Assembly: GCF_030144855.1 (NCBI RefSeq) | Contig: NC_082731.1 | Coordinates: 27,590,001-27,654,000 of the forward strand | Direction of reading: 5' to 3' | Length of the DNA: 64,000 nucleotides | DNA from: Hypanus sabinus | Lineage: Eukaryota | Shown here: positions 12,401 to 24,300 of the stretch, one piece after another | Layout: each line of letters opens with the position of its first letter | Numbering within the stretch: position 1 is the stretch's first letter | Made by a program: the position numbers and the translations under genes | The notes under the pieces: model-generated | What the model was told of the DNA's origin: nothing | Seen by the model: the letters and a program-made list of their open reading frames with translations, nothing else | The model's database searches: none

Positions 12401-13621
12401 GAAGGATCCTCAGGAAGGAGAGCCTTTTCTATTTCGGTTGGATTAACTGTAAAAATGAGTTGGACGTCTCTACCAAAGGTTGTTTTGAAAAAAAAATAAT
12501 GTCTCATGGCCATAAGCCTGATTGTAAAATGGAACTATATGTTCTTGACACCTGATGGATATCATTGTCTTTGGGGCAGGTAACATGAAGGATGTTGAAA
12601 TGATGGGAGCTGGACAGATGGCTGAAGCACAGAGAATCACTGACAGAATAGTGTGGAAGAAAGATGATTCACCTATTAAGTCTGAGCTGGTGGTAATCAA
12701 GAGCAACCCTGTCTTATCTCCCATTATTCTGCATTTTGTCTTCTGTATATTTTCCATGTCCTTTTGAATGTCACAATTGGATGACCTTCGCTCTACCAGG
12801 TACACCAGTGATTTCTGGACACAAGCCTCTCACTGCATAAATCATTCCTTCCTCATGTGACTCTGATCCTTTTGTCAAACCCACTCATTCTACACCCTCT
12901 ACATTCACCAATGGCAACAATTTCTCTCTTCACCCATTTTGAGCCTCTGTGATTATAAAATACCTTCATGGATGTCCTTCCTCATCGTCCTTTCCGAATA
13001 AAACAATTTCAGCTGTTCCATTTTCCACATAAATCATGTCCATCACCCCAGGAATCACTCAAATATTTTCTAATGTTTTCATTGTCGCACTGATATTGTA
13101 ATCCGTTTTCTACACACACACACATACACATGCAGAGTACACACATGAATAAAAATTATATATGTGTGAGTGTATACATAAAATTTTATTTTTTGTTGTT
13201 TCCTTCCCTCTTTCATCCTGATTATTTGGGCTGCAAAGGGATGAATAACAAATGAGCTAATGTCATCAGCAGATCAGCAGGTTTCCTGTACATTCTGACT
13301 GTTCTTGCTGTGGAGATGGTGTGAATACTATATACTGTCACAAGTATAATTTTCACATCTCTGTATCTGTAGGTGATACAGAAGTAATGTTAATACTTCA
13401 GATTGTTGTCAGTGATAATGATACTTGCAATCCCAGACTGTTAGTTGTTTAAGGGTGGGACTTACACCATCATTTATGTCTATGACAATGACAATGTGGG
13501 AGCAGACATTTGCTTCCAAGTTCAAGTGGTGCATATCGTACAGACTGTAACATTCCCAATGTCCTGAGTATAGTTGGCCTCCATTGTGCCAGAGATTACA
13601 GTTTGGGGGTTGCTGTGACAG

Positions 13622-13726
13622 GGACATATCCCCTGTATACCCAAAACTGTGTGGCCAGGTAGAGCTCCATTAATGAGTTGGTGCTGTACCTGGCCACACA
13701 GTTATGGGTGAACAGGGGATATGTCC
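13622..13726. repeat. 105-bp fold-back (40-bp arms, 25-nt loop), MITE-like
   Basis: Left arm ggacatatcccctgtatacccaaaactgtgtggccaggta; the right arm is its reverse complement with 3 mismatches. No clear TSD. Confidence 0.9.
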
Positions 13727-13759
13727 GTGGCAAGTAGGTATACCTCAGTGGTCAGTGCT

Positions 13760-14780
13760 TGGCCATTTCTTGTTTCTCATTTGCATCAAAGTTTTGGATA
13801 CGAGTGTACAAAACATGGTTAGTTTTGTACACTAACCATTAAAGCAGGTGGGAAAGTGAAGTTTCAAGAAGATTATCAAGCATTACAGTTGTCTGTTGAT
13901 TAGCTGAGTAAATGAGCAGAAGAGGACAACTAGATTTTATTTGAGATAAGTGTGAAATGTTGCATTTTGTAAAGTCAAACCAAGGTGGGGCTTGCACAGT
14001 AAACGGAGGGGACCTGGACAATGCTGTGGAACAGAGGAACCTTGGACTGAAAGGACATGGTTCACCAAAAGTGGAATCAGAAGTAGGTAGGATTGTGAAA
14101 AGACTTTTGGTATGCTGGTCTTCAGTGAACAGAACATTGAGAGTGAATGTTGGGAGGTCACAATGCACTTGTACAAGGCATCTGTGAGGCTGCAATTGTG
14201 TTAATTTTCAATCAGCAAGCTGCAGGCAAACGTCATTAAACTGAAGGCGTGCACAAAAGATTTATAATAATGTTTCCATAACTCAAGGTTCTGCATTTTA
14301 GTGAGAGCTTCGACAGATTAAGGCTATAGTGCTTGGAATGCAGGAAACTCAGAGGCACTTTTATAACGATGCATAAATTCACGAGGGGCACAGCTGTGGT
14401 AAATGAACAGTCTTTTACCTAAGATTGGGGGATCAAGAACTAGAGAGCCTAGGCTTCAGTTGAGAGGGGAAAGATTTAATAGGAACAAAGGATTTGTTAA
14501 ACAGAAATTGTGGAAATATGGAATATGTTACCAGAGGAAGTGGTTGAATTAAGTAAATAACTTTTGAAAGGCAGTTGGACAGATACATGGAGAGGAACGT
14601 TTTGTAAGGTTATGGGTCAAACTCTGGGAAGTGGGTTGTGCTTAGATTGTCACCTTGAATGGCATGGACAACTTGTGCCAATGGCTTGTTTCCATGCTGT
14701 AGGACACATCAATCTACACTGAGGGCAATTTACAGTAGCCAATTAACCTACCAACAAGCATGTCTTTGGCGTGTAGGAGG
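13760..14780 (+). mobile_element. CR1 RT 3' fragments (short minus piece, then plus piece) and a SINE fragment
   Basis: ORF 13957-14187 LHFVKSNQGGACTVNG..LDNAVEQRNLG is the CR1 RT C-terminus. SINE-like aattaacctaccaacaagcatg at ~14740. Confidence 0.7.
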
Positions 14781-14789
14781 AAGTCACAT

Positions 14790-15620
14790 TGAAATATCAT
14801 GTACTTACCTGAAGTACTCCTGTAGTCTCAGGACCTCCCAGCACAATGGACTCCGCCTGTGCACCGTTTCACCCAAACACCCCAGTAACCCTCTCTGTCT
14901 GGCTGTAACACTGACACCCAGTGGCTCGTGGTTGCTATTGCAGCAGCCTGTTTGACTGAAATCTCAATACTGTTCTGTACCTTATTTCAGAGGTGTTCCT
15001 CTGACACCCAGTGGTTGCAGGTTGCCACTACAAGTTACCAAATGCTTTCCATCAAATTGATTTCAATCCAGACGCAAGAGACTGCAGATGCTGAAATCCA
15101 GGACAACACACAATCTGCTGGAGAAACACAGCGATTTCAGCAGCATTGACTGCTGGAAAGAAGCTGTTGAATCACTGCATCAAGTCAGTACAAATTAGTA
15201 TCTGCGCTACCACAGGCAGAAAGCAACCATCACCAAAGCAAAATAAAACCTGCTCCTGTTACATTGTAGAGAAAAATACTCTTGAAAGCTCCATACAGAT
15301 AATATCCGTGGTGCATCAGTCATAGAGGGAATGAAATGGAATGTGGTTGGGCAGACATACACATCAGCAAGTGTGCCAACTCAGGAGATCCCTCTGATAA
15401 TGTCAACACAGCTGAGAAATATCAAAAGCAACAAAACAGAATTGCTGAAGGTGAGACCCATGAAAGAGAGTTCACGTCAAATCCATATTGAAGCTACTAT
15501 GTAAAAGTACGAGGTTGCTGCTGGCTGACTTTGTCCAATTATTTATCATTGAAGGCTTTTCATTGACACAAATGAGCCACTGTAATCTTTAATGAAGAAC
15601 AGGTGCTGATTCAACAACCA
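14790..15620 (-). repeat. Local exon-like repeat unit, copy 3, with intact splice donor
   Basis: Minus strand ends AGG AGT ACT TCA G|GTAAGT (exon end 14809). Inverted paralog of 21330-21897 plus 24604-24834. Confidence 0.75.
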
Positions 15621-15699
15621 GTAGAAATATCTCCACCAAGATTCTAATGTTTTCCATTCCTAATCCCCAGTATTGTTTGTCTTTATTTAAAATCCTGAC

Positions 15700-16720
15700 A
15701 GCCTCTGGAAGAGACCAAGAACAGGAAAATGGCTCAACAGACCTGCAATCCCTCACAATGATGTGCCGGCTATTTTAGGGGCTGCAGGAGATTTCAGTGA
15801 TCATTTTGGTAGTGGTGTACATTCCACCTCAGGCCAGTATAAAACAGGCTCTAGATGAGCTGAGCAATGTAACCGACAGGCATGAAACAGCACATCCTGA
15901 TGCCTTCCCCATCACTTTGGGGGATTTTAACCAGGCCAGCTTATTCACGTCTTTAAATAATTATTGTCAACAAATCATCTGTAGTACTAGAGGAAACAAC
16001 GCTGGACCACTGTTACAATAAGTTCAAGAATGTCTACTTGCCCACATTTTGGTAAATCTGATCATCTGGCTGTATTCTACTCCCCGAATATAAGTAGAGA
16101 CTGAAGACTGCAGCAACCGTAGTGAGGACCAAGAAGGTCTGGACGTGGAAAGCACAGGAGTGATTTGAATGGATGGACTGGACTGTGTTCAGGAAATCAT
16201 CTATGAGTCTGGATGAGTTTGCTGCAGTTGTCACTAACTTCATTAAAACCTGCAAGGATGAGTGTGTGGCTACAAAAAATTACTGTACGTTCCCAAACCA
16301 AAAGTGGTGGATGAACCAGGAGGTGCACCATCTGCTGAAGACTAGGTCAGTGGAATTCAAGGCTGGCAACCCAAGTCTGTACCAGAAAATCATGCATGAC
16401 CTTTGGAAGGCTATTTCAAGGATGAAGAGACAATTTCGAATGAGGCTGCAGGAAATATCAGATGCACAACAACTCTGGCACGGTTTGCAGGCCATTCCTT
16501 CTCACAAATCAAACCCCAATATTATGAATGGTAACTATGTCTCACTCCCAGAGGAGCTGAGCACCTTTTATTCTTGCTTTGAAAAGGGGAATAAAACCAC
16601 AGCTATGAGAATCCCCACAGCACCCGGTGACCCTGTGATCTGCCTTTCGAGCAATCCTATGAGCAGTTCTCTCAGAAAAATTTCTTGCTCTTCCAGACCT
16701 CAACTTGACCTCCACTGTTG
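15700..16720 (+). mobile_element. Rex1/Babar-type LINE fragment (endonuclease and linker)
   Basis: VVVYIPPQA...HPDAFPITLGDFNQA, and WTVFR...DECV..K.Y.TFPNQKWWMN. Confidence 0.8.
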
Positions 16721-17199
16721 CTGTTAACTGCCATTTCTGAATTACATTACAAGCTGAAGAAACAGCTACCTGAAAATGTTTTTCTATCTTCTTATAGCCT
16801 CCTGCTTTGTGGGAATCATTTATGTTAATTTTCAGGTGTTAGGCAGCTGCTTAGAGGAGCCCGTGGCTGCTGATTGTTGGGACAAGGTTTGAGGAGTCAA
16901 GGTATGTATAAACCTTGAAATTTGCATCACCTGGACTTACCTGCTATGACCGTTAACAAGCTATAGCCCTAACAAGCTAATTAAGGTCCGAGACCTTGGT
17001 AATAGTTATCTGAGAGCTCGAATCTCTTGGTGTGCCCAAACTTTTGCATGGTGCTCCTTCCCTTGTTTCATTCTAAACTTGTACAAAACAAAAATAATAT
17101 ACTAATCTTCCATAAAATGTTGAAAAGAATGTTCCATCTTTAACATTATGACTTTAATGGAAAGATGTTGTTCCACCTACTCACACTCAATGCTTATGT

Positions 17200-17612
17200 A
17201 ATGTTATGTCATGATTAAATTTAGAGAAGATCCATTGTTCAATTTCTGATTCTAACTGAGACTTTCAAACATTGTGGGGACCATTCTTGAACTACTTTCA
17301 AACCCTTTGAATTGATGTTAAGATACAGATGTTGGCTAATAACATAAATCACTATGTGATAAGGATTTTTTTCTGTCTTTCTTTCTTTACCATACAGCTT
17401 CAACTTTGGTAGGGGGTTTAGATTTTTTTTCATAATAAAATTACAATTTAATTAATGTATGTGTTTGATTATGAATATAGGGTACCGCAATTGGAAGTGT
17501 GATTTAAGTGTAATGTATTCTGCACTATTCTATCTTTTTTTTGATTCATAATATATATCCTCATGTACTCTGTATTCTTCTATGTGAAAAAAATAAAAAT
17601 ATTGAAAAAAAA
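17200..17612 (+). mobile_element. L1 3' fragment with poly(A)
   Basis: Plus frame LEKIHCSISDSN*DFQTLWGPFLNYF is an L1 ORF2 C-terminus. AT-rich UTR ends in aataaaaatattgaaaaaaaaa. Confidence 0.65.
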
Positions 17613-17929
17613 AGAACTTTATGACTTTTGGAGATCAGTTCATCTTCTGCTCACATAACTATTCACAGTAACAGAAATTTTGACCAGGGATCTCCAAACT
17701 TTTGCATGCCACTGTAAGGGCCAATCTTGTTCATTTACATTCCCTCAGGGTGTTTACCCTGTCTGCTCAATAGGGGAGATTCCTTTCTTCACCAATGTAG
17801 ATTGGTCTCATCTCATCTTGATGGGACTGGCAAATCATTGACCAGAGATGAACAGGAGATGCTGGTCTTGTCAGTGTCAAACTCGTCTATTGGGGAATGG
17901 TGAAATAATATTTGTGATGTTTCTCCCAG

Positions 17930-18115
17930 ATCACTGTTCAGATACCCACCCCTCAGTCACTTTAAGCAAACCTTCCTTCGAAGAGATCTGGACAAAGAGG
18001 ACAGTGAAAATTTAGTGTCAGGTGGTTCACAGTGATTTACAGGGATTCAGTGAAACCTGGCAGGTGGACAGAAGGGAGGCAAGATGGGGTGAGGAGAGGA
18101 CTCTGGGTCCAGACA
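17930..18115 (+). pseudogene. Orphan Ig heavy-chain constant exon (IgNAR C4 / IgW C5-like), truncated, with in-frame stop
   Basis: Acceptor tttctcccag|AT, then (D)HCSDTHPSVTLSKPSFEEIWTKRTVKI*CQVVHSDLQGFSETWQVD. Resembles recalled nurse shark IgNAR DCRQTDISVSLLKPPFEEIWTQQTATIVCEIVYSDLENIKVFWQVNG. Upstream intron (17840-17910) is homologous to the minus-strand intron at 55500-55560. Confidence 0.85.
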
Positions 18116-18439
18116 GATGTTTGGAGATGGGAAATAAAGAACATTTGGCATAAGGTTGGTAGGTGATCACATTCCAAGAGGAATAGTTATTTTTGTATCT
18201 CTGGTTTCTAAACCCTTCCTGCCATTCGGTGTCCCAATGATCAGCTATCGACTAATGTTCAGATAAATTAGAATAATTGGCTTTCTACCAAAGACATGAC
18301 AGTGCTAACCACTGATCAGACATGATATCTGTGCCAAAGAAGTTGGATCACTGTTTCAGGGCTCCTTGCACCACTAAGAATGCTGCTCCTCATCTGGTGC
18401 ATGTGTGATGCTAACTGAATGAAATGTATCATTGTTGTG

Positions 18440-20480
18440 AAATGGCAGCATCTATGGAAATGAATAAACAGTCAACATTTCAGGCCAAGACCCTTCTTCA
18501 GGACTAAAAAGGGTGGGGTAGGGGAGAGATGCCAGAATGAAAATGAGGAGGTAGGGGAAGGAGGCTAGCTGATAGGTCATAGGTGAAGCCAAATGGGTAG
18601 GAAAAGTAAAGGGATGGAAAAGAAGGAATCTGATAGGAGCGTAGAGTGGGCCATTAGTGAAAGGAAGGTAGTAGGGTGCTCAGGGGAAAGTGATGGGCAG
18701 ATGAGAAGAGGTAAAAGGCCAGAGTGGAGAATAGAGGAAGAGTGGATGAGGATAATATTTTTCTTTACCAGAAGGAAAATGGATATCATGTCATCAGTTT
18801 GGAGGCCACCCAGATAAGGTGGTGTTCCTCCACCTTGAGGGATGCCTCATTTGGCAGATGGAATGGAGGCAGTTTCCCCAATTGATGACGGATCTCACCA
18901 ATGTAGAGAAGGCCACCTGAGGAGCAGTGGACACAATAGATGACCCAGCAGATTTGCAGGTGAAGTGTTGCCTCACCTAGAAACCCTTAATGGAGATGAA
19001 GGAGGAAGTGAAAGCACAGGTGAAGCATTTTGTCTGCTTGCAGGGATAACTGCTGGGAGAGAGATTAGTGGGGAAGGATGAATAGATAGCGGAGTCACAT
19101 TGGAAGATATCCATGCAGAAAATAGAGGGAGTGGTGGGGGAGATAAATATATATTTGTTGGCAGGATCCCTGTGGAGATGGCTGAAGTTGTGGAGGATGA
19201 TGAGAGAGATGCTGAAACTCATTGGGTGGTAGGTAATGACAAAAGGAACTCTATCACTGATAAGGCAGTGGGAAGATGGAGTGAGCTCAGATGTTTGGGA
19301 AATGAAAGGGATGCCGGCGAGGGCAGCATCAATGGTGGAGGAAGGGAAACCCCATTCGTTAAAGAAGGACACATTTCTGATGTCCTGGGAAGGAAAGCCA
19401 CATCTTGATCACAGATACGCTGGAGACAAAGGAAATGAGAAAAGGAAATAGCATTTATACAGGAGACAGTGTGGGAAGAGGTATAGTTAAGGTAGCTGTT
19501 GGAATTGATAGGTTTATATAATAAGTTTGTTGACAATTTGTCTCCAGAGATGGAGACAGAGAGATCAAGAGAGTGAAGGGAGTTGTCAGAAACAGACCAA
19601 GTGATTTTAAGGGCAGGGTGGAAACTACAGGTAAACTTGGCGAAATTGCTGAGCTCAGCACAGGTGCATGAAGCAGCACCAATGCAGATGTCATGTAGCA
19701 GAGGAAGTATGGAGCATCACCTGGGAATGCTTGGAACATAGACTATTCTACACAGCCAATGAAAATGGAGGCATAGCTGGGGCCCATGAGGGTGCCCATG
19801 GCACCCCAGAGTTTGGAGAAACTGTGAGCTGCCAAAGAAAAATTTGATGAGGATGAGGACCAGTTCTGCCAGATGACGTTCTGGTGGAGGGGAACTGGCT
19901 GGTTCTTTTATTGAGAAAGAAGTGGAGAGATTTAAGGCCTTCTTGATGGGAGATTTAGGAGCTGACCACCTATGGTGAAAATAAGGTAGTCAGGGCCAGG
20001 GAATTGAAAGCTACTGAGGAGATTGGGAGCATAAGAAGTGTAACTGATGGAGGTGGGACGGGGCTGAATCAAAGCGATAGAATGGGGTCAAGGTATGAGG
20101 ACACAAGTTCAGTGGGACGGTAGCAGGCCGAGACAATAGGCCTGCCCAAACGGTCGTTTGTGGATCTTGGGTAGGAGGTGGAAGTGAGCAGTGTGTGGTA
20201 ACAGAATTATGAGTATGGAGACGGTGGATGAGAGTTCTTCAGAAATAATGAGGTCAGTGATGGTGTTGGAGACAGTTTTCTGATGGTCTGGAGTGGGATC
20301 CTCTTCACAGGGTAGGTATGAGGAGGTGTCTGAGAATTGCTGCCTGGCTCAGCAAGGTAGAGGTGAGTCTGCCACACTACAACAGCACTGCCTTTGTCTG
20401 TGGCTTTGATGGTAAGTTTGGGATTGGTCAGAGAGAGTGGAGGGCAGTGCATTCAGAGAGGGTAAGTTTCGAGGATGAGA
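18440..20480 (-). mobile_element. Penelope-like element (RT plus GIY-YIG, decayed) with hammerhead-type terminus
   Basis: LLYKPINSNSYLNYTSSH..SC.NAI.FS.FL.L.RIC is the PLE RT thumb region. Terminus tagtc-CTGAAGA-agggtcttggcct-GAAA-tgtt-gactg at 18506-18469. Confidence 0.85.
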
Positions 20481-21329
20481 GGGGTGTGTGCTGAATGCGA
20501 GAATGTTCATGTCTTGTTAGAGGACTGTCAAGCCTTTTAACCAATGGTGGCCGGAAGAGGGTTAGGTCAGGCACAGGCTGGTTCACTGTGTCTGCCCTTT
20601 ATTCTGATTGTTCCCCTCTCTTCCTTCGGCAAAAACCCTGTGGTGGGTTTGGCCTTTGTATGTTTGACATTGTTGCACTCTGGGAAATGCCACTGTGCTG
20701 TTTGAAGGACAATTCACATTCCAGGTCCATTTTAGTTTGAGTTCTCTGCTCCATTTACTCACTGCCCATAATGCCGCTTGTGTTTGGGGCAGCAATGAAG
20801 GCCATCCATCTCTGTCTGTCCTTGACCATCTTCTCTACTGCACCCAGGTGTAGTTCAGTTCAGGGTCCTCATTTCTGTCTCTGTGGTGTGGTGCCAAGTT
20901 GTCTTTGGTCTCTTTTGTTTCTTCTAGTCATCAGGGATCCAATGAAGTCTTGATGATGGAGTTGGCCTCATCTCTTTCCCAAGCCATCTGCAATTTTTCA
21001 TCTGGGTGATTGTGGCCATGTCCACTTGATGACACTGAAGGAGCAGGATGTGATTGGAGATCTTTCTTGCCCAGAAAATACAGATTTTTTTTCTGGAGGC
21101 TCATGGTGTGAAAGGAATTTGGTAGCTTACATTGATAACCTGCAACCACTGGGTGTCAGAAGAACACTTCAGAAGATTCGTTTACCATTTGGTACCTGAT
21201 GGACAGCGCAGGGCTCAAAACAGGGTTTTCTGTACAATCCATGCTTTCTCCTGGCATATTTTCCCATCGGACATCATTCCATTTCCCACTCATTCTCCTT
21301 ATCTCCTTCCATTTCCATCTCCAAACAGA

Positions 21330-24300
21330 CTGTCTTTTGAATCAGCCTCTATTCAGCATTGAGGATTATAGTGGCTCATTTGTGCATGGGTAGACCTCAT
21401 GATGAACAATTGGATGATGCCAGCCAGCAGGAACCTCAGTGCTTTTAGACAGCAGCTTCAATATGGATTTGATATGAACTGTTCTTCATCAAACTCATCT
21501 TAAGCATTTTTTTTGCTATTTAAACAGCTGTATCAACATGATCATTGACATCTCATGAGTTTGCATCCTTGGTAATGTATATGGTCTGCCCAGCAACACT
21601 CCACATCATTCCCTCTAGCACACTGACACACCGTGCATATTGTCTGTCTGGTGTTTCAAGAGTATTTTTTCTCTGTAATGTAACCTGAGCAGGTTTTATT
21701 TTGCTTTGGTGGTGATTACATTCTGCCTGCGGTAGCCCAGATGTTAATTTGAACTAACCTGATTCAGGGATTCAACAGTTTCTTTCCAGCCATCAATGCT
21801 GCTGAAATCACTCTGTTTCTCCAGCAGGTTGTTTGTTGCTCTGGATTCCAGCATCTGCAGTCTCTTGCATGTGGATTGAAGTTGATTTGATGGACAGCAG
21901 GGGTATCAAACTCATTTTAGGTCACGGGCCAGATCACTTGTGCAAGTGCACATGCTCCCACAGCATTCATTGCCTTCGTTTTTGCAACTTGCTTTCGTGT
22001 TTCTCAGTCTCTGCTTAACTACAAAGTGTTTCACTTTACGAATTTCGTTTCTTATGAAGAAGATTGTCTAGTAAGCATTATTTTTATGATTGGCATTAAC
22101 TTACAGTAGTAGGCTCCAATAAAGTTGTGCTGAGAGAGTGAAAAAAAAGATGCTATTTTGGATAAGATTATTTAGGGAGCCACACCCTTTCCATTAATAA
22201 ACCATTTGAAATCGAACGTTAGCAGACACAAATGTAGACCTAATGAAACAAATTGTAATGTAGGCTATACAAGTGCACCTAATTTTCATTAGCCTGCTTC
22301 CAGCAATCAAACTCAGACAATGAGCACAATTAACCTCGAAATTTTATTCACGTGATTACATTTACAATAATAGAATAGTCAGAAAATGAATGGATCACAA
22401 TATTATGACACTCAATGTTTTATAGTACATTTTGCTTACACGTCGCAGTGCATCGAACAGTGGCACTCATTTTTCACTTGCTGCTTCCAGACACCTGATA
22501 TCTCTTGCCTTTAACCAGCCTGTCAACATCAAGGACGAGTTTCTGGGCAGTTGTGATTTTCATAATGTCACTTAGATGTCTGTATGTCAGCTGCGAGCGC
22601 AGTTTGGATTTGTTAATGCTCATTATGGAGAACGCCAGCTCACAGAGATATGTTGTCCCGAACATGCAAATGATCTTTGAGGCAAAGTCTGCCTTCTTGG
22701 GGTACATCAGTCAGAGGTATTGATAGAAAGAGTCCAGACCCATAGTCTCAAATTTATATTTCAAAGTCGAGTTACACTGAATTTCAATTAGTTCCATTTG
22801 GAGTTCCTCCAACACATCTGATGCTGCATTGACGGCAAGCGGTGAGCAAAATAGTGAGAATTCCTTCTTAAGCTGAGTGAAGACTTGGAAATGATTCTGA
22901 AACTCACCTTTCAGCCATCAAATTTGTCCTTGTACTTGTCCATGTTGTCATTATTCCCATGAAAAACACGCACAGACTGCAAAGAGGGGAAATGAGCTGG
23001 GTTGCTCCGGGACAGTTGCATCTCCCACGGGCTTAATCTAATTTGAAAGGCAAGAATGCTGTCGTAGTATTCCTTAACAAGTTTGTTGTGGCCTTGCATG
23101 TTAACATTAAGCACATTTGAGTGCTCTGTTATATCCACCAAAAATGCAAGATCATGAAGCCAGTCTGGGTCATCCAACTCTGCCACTGGCTTCCCTTTCT
23201 CATTCATGAATAGTCCAATTTCCCCATGCAATTAAAAAAAACGGTTGAGCAGAACCCCTCTGCTCAACCGGCAGACTTCAGTGTGGTAGGGTAGGTCATG
23301 TCCAATATTACTTTCGGACGGATGAGTGTCAAATTGCCGATGGTTGAGTCTCTTGGCTCTAATAAAGTTAACCGTTGTGATTACTACATCCATGACATTG
23401 GCCATTTTCAGGCTCCTGCTACATAATGCCTCTTGCTGTATAATACAATGAAAATTCCAGAATTCCTGCTCTGGATTCTTTGTCTGAACTTTCTCTCTGA
23501 GTTTCGCAACAACACCTGCCTTTTTCCCGACCATGGACAGTGCGCCATCTGTTGCCACGCTCACAGCGTGACTCCAGTCAACTCCCAGTCTGCCCAAGGC
23601 CACAACGAGGCTGGAGAAAATGTCGTTCGCCGTTGTGGTGTTTGTCATGGGCACCATCTCCACAAACTCCTCGGTGGCGGTCAAAGATGCATCGATACCA
23701 CAAATAATAAATATTATTATTTATATATAATAAATTATAGTTAATAATTATAACTTATATCTAATAAATATTCCCAATTGAGCCACATCAGTCACGTTGG
23801 TGCTCTCATCAATTGCAATAGAGAAGGCAATAAGTGACTTCACTTTGTCTGTTGACTGTTCAAATCTCCTATAAGCTCCCTGATTCTCACTGCCACGGTA
23901 TTTCTTGACAACTGATACTACCGAAAGCCTGTCTCTTCTCAGGGAACATCAGCATGAATGCTTTGATGAATTCCCCTTCTGCGTATGGCTTCGACGCAGC
24001 AGCTATATTGTTGGTAATAATATAGCTGGCCTTGACAGCTCCATCACGAGTCTCTTGACTTTTGCTGAACACTGATTGCTGTTTTTTCAGAGCTGCTTCA
24101 ATCTCGTTTACCTTTTACGTTTTGAGTCGTCATCGTACTTTTCATATTTTTCTCCATGTGACGTCTCAGAGTGCCGTTTGATATTGCACTCTTTTGTGCC
24201 ACAGCCACTTGTTGCGAGCATGCTAGACACATAGGTTTGCCGTTGACGGCACAGAAGGAAAAACGATGTTTCCAATCATCGTTGAATATCCGACCTTCGA

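Noticed and set aside
11557-12555. Long ORFs over the CpG island (169 aa, 139 aa)
   Set aside because: Expected in GC-rich DNA; no recognisable domain.
12560-12720. FGAGNMK as a J segment and WKKDDSPIKS as an Ig C remnant
   Set aside because: No RSS or properly placed donor for a J. The C-like match covers only 10 residues with no cysteines. Too short to support.
14809-14885. Repeat unit read as a J segment with RSS (GGTGTTTGG-24-CATTGTG)
   Set aside because: Nonamer-like sequence is present only in copy 3, the coding part is just 33 nt, and there is no W/F-G-x-G in the phase-1 frame.
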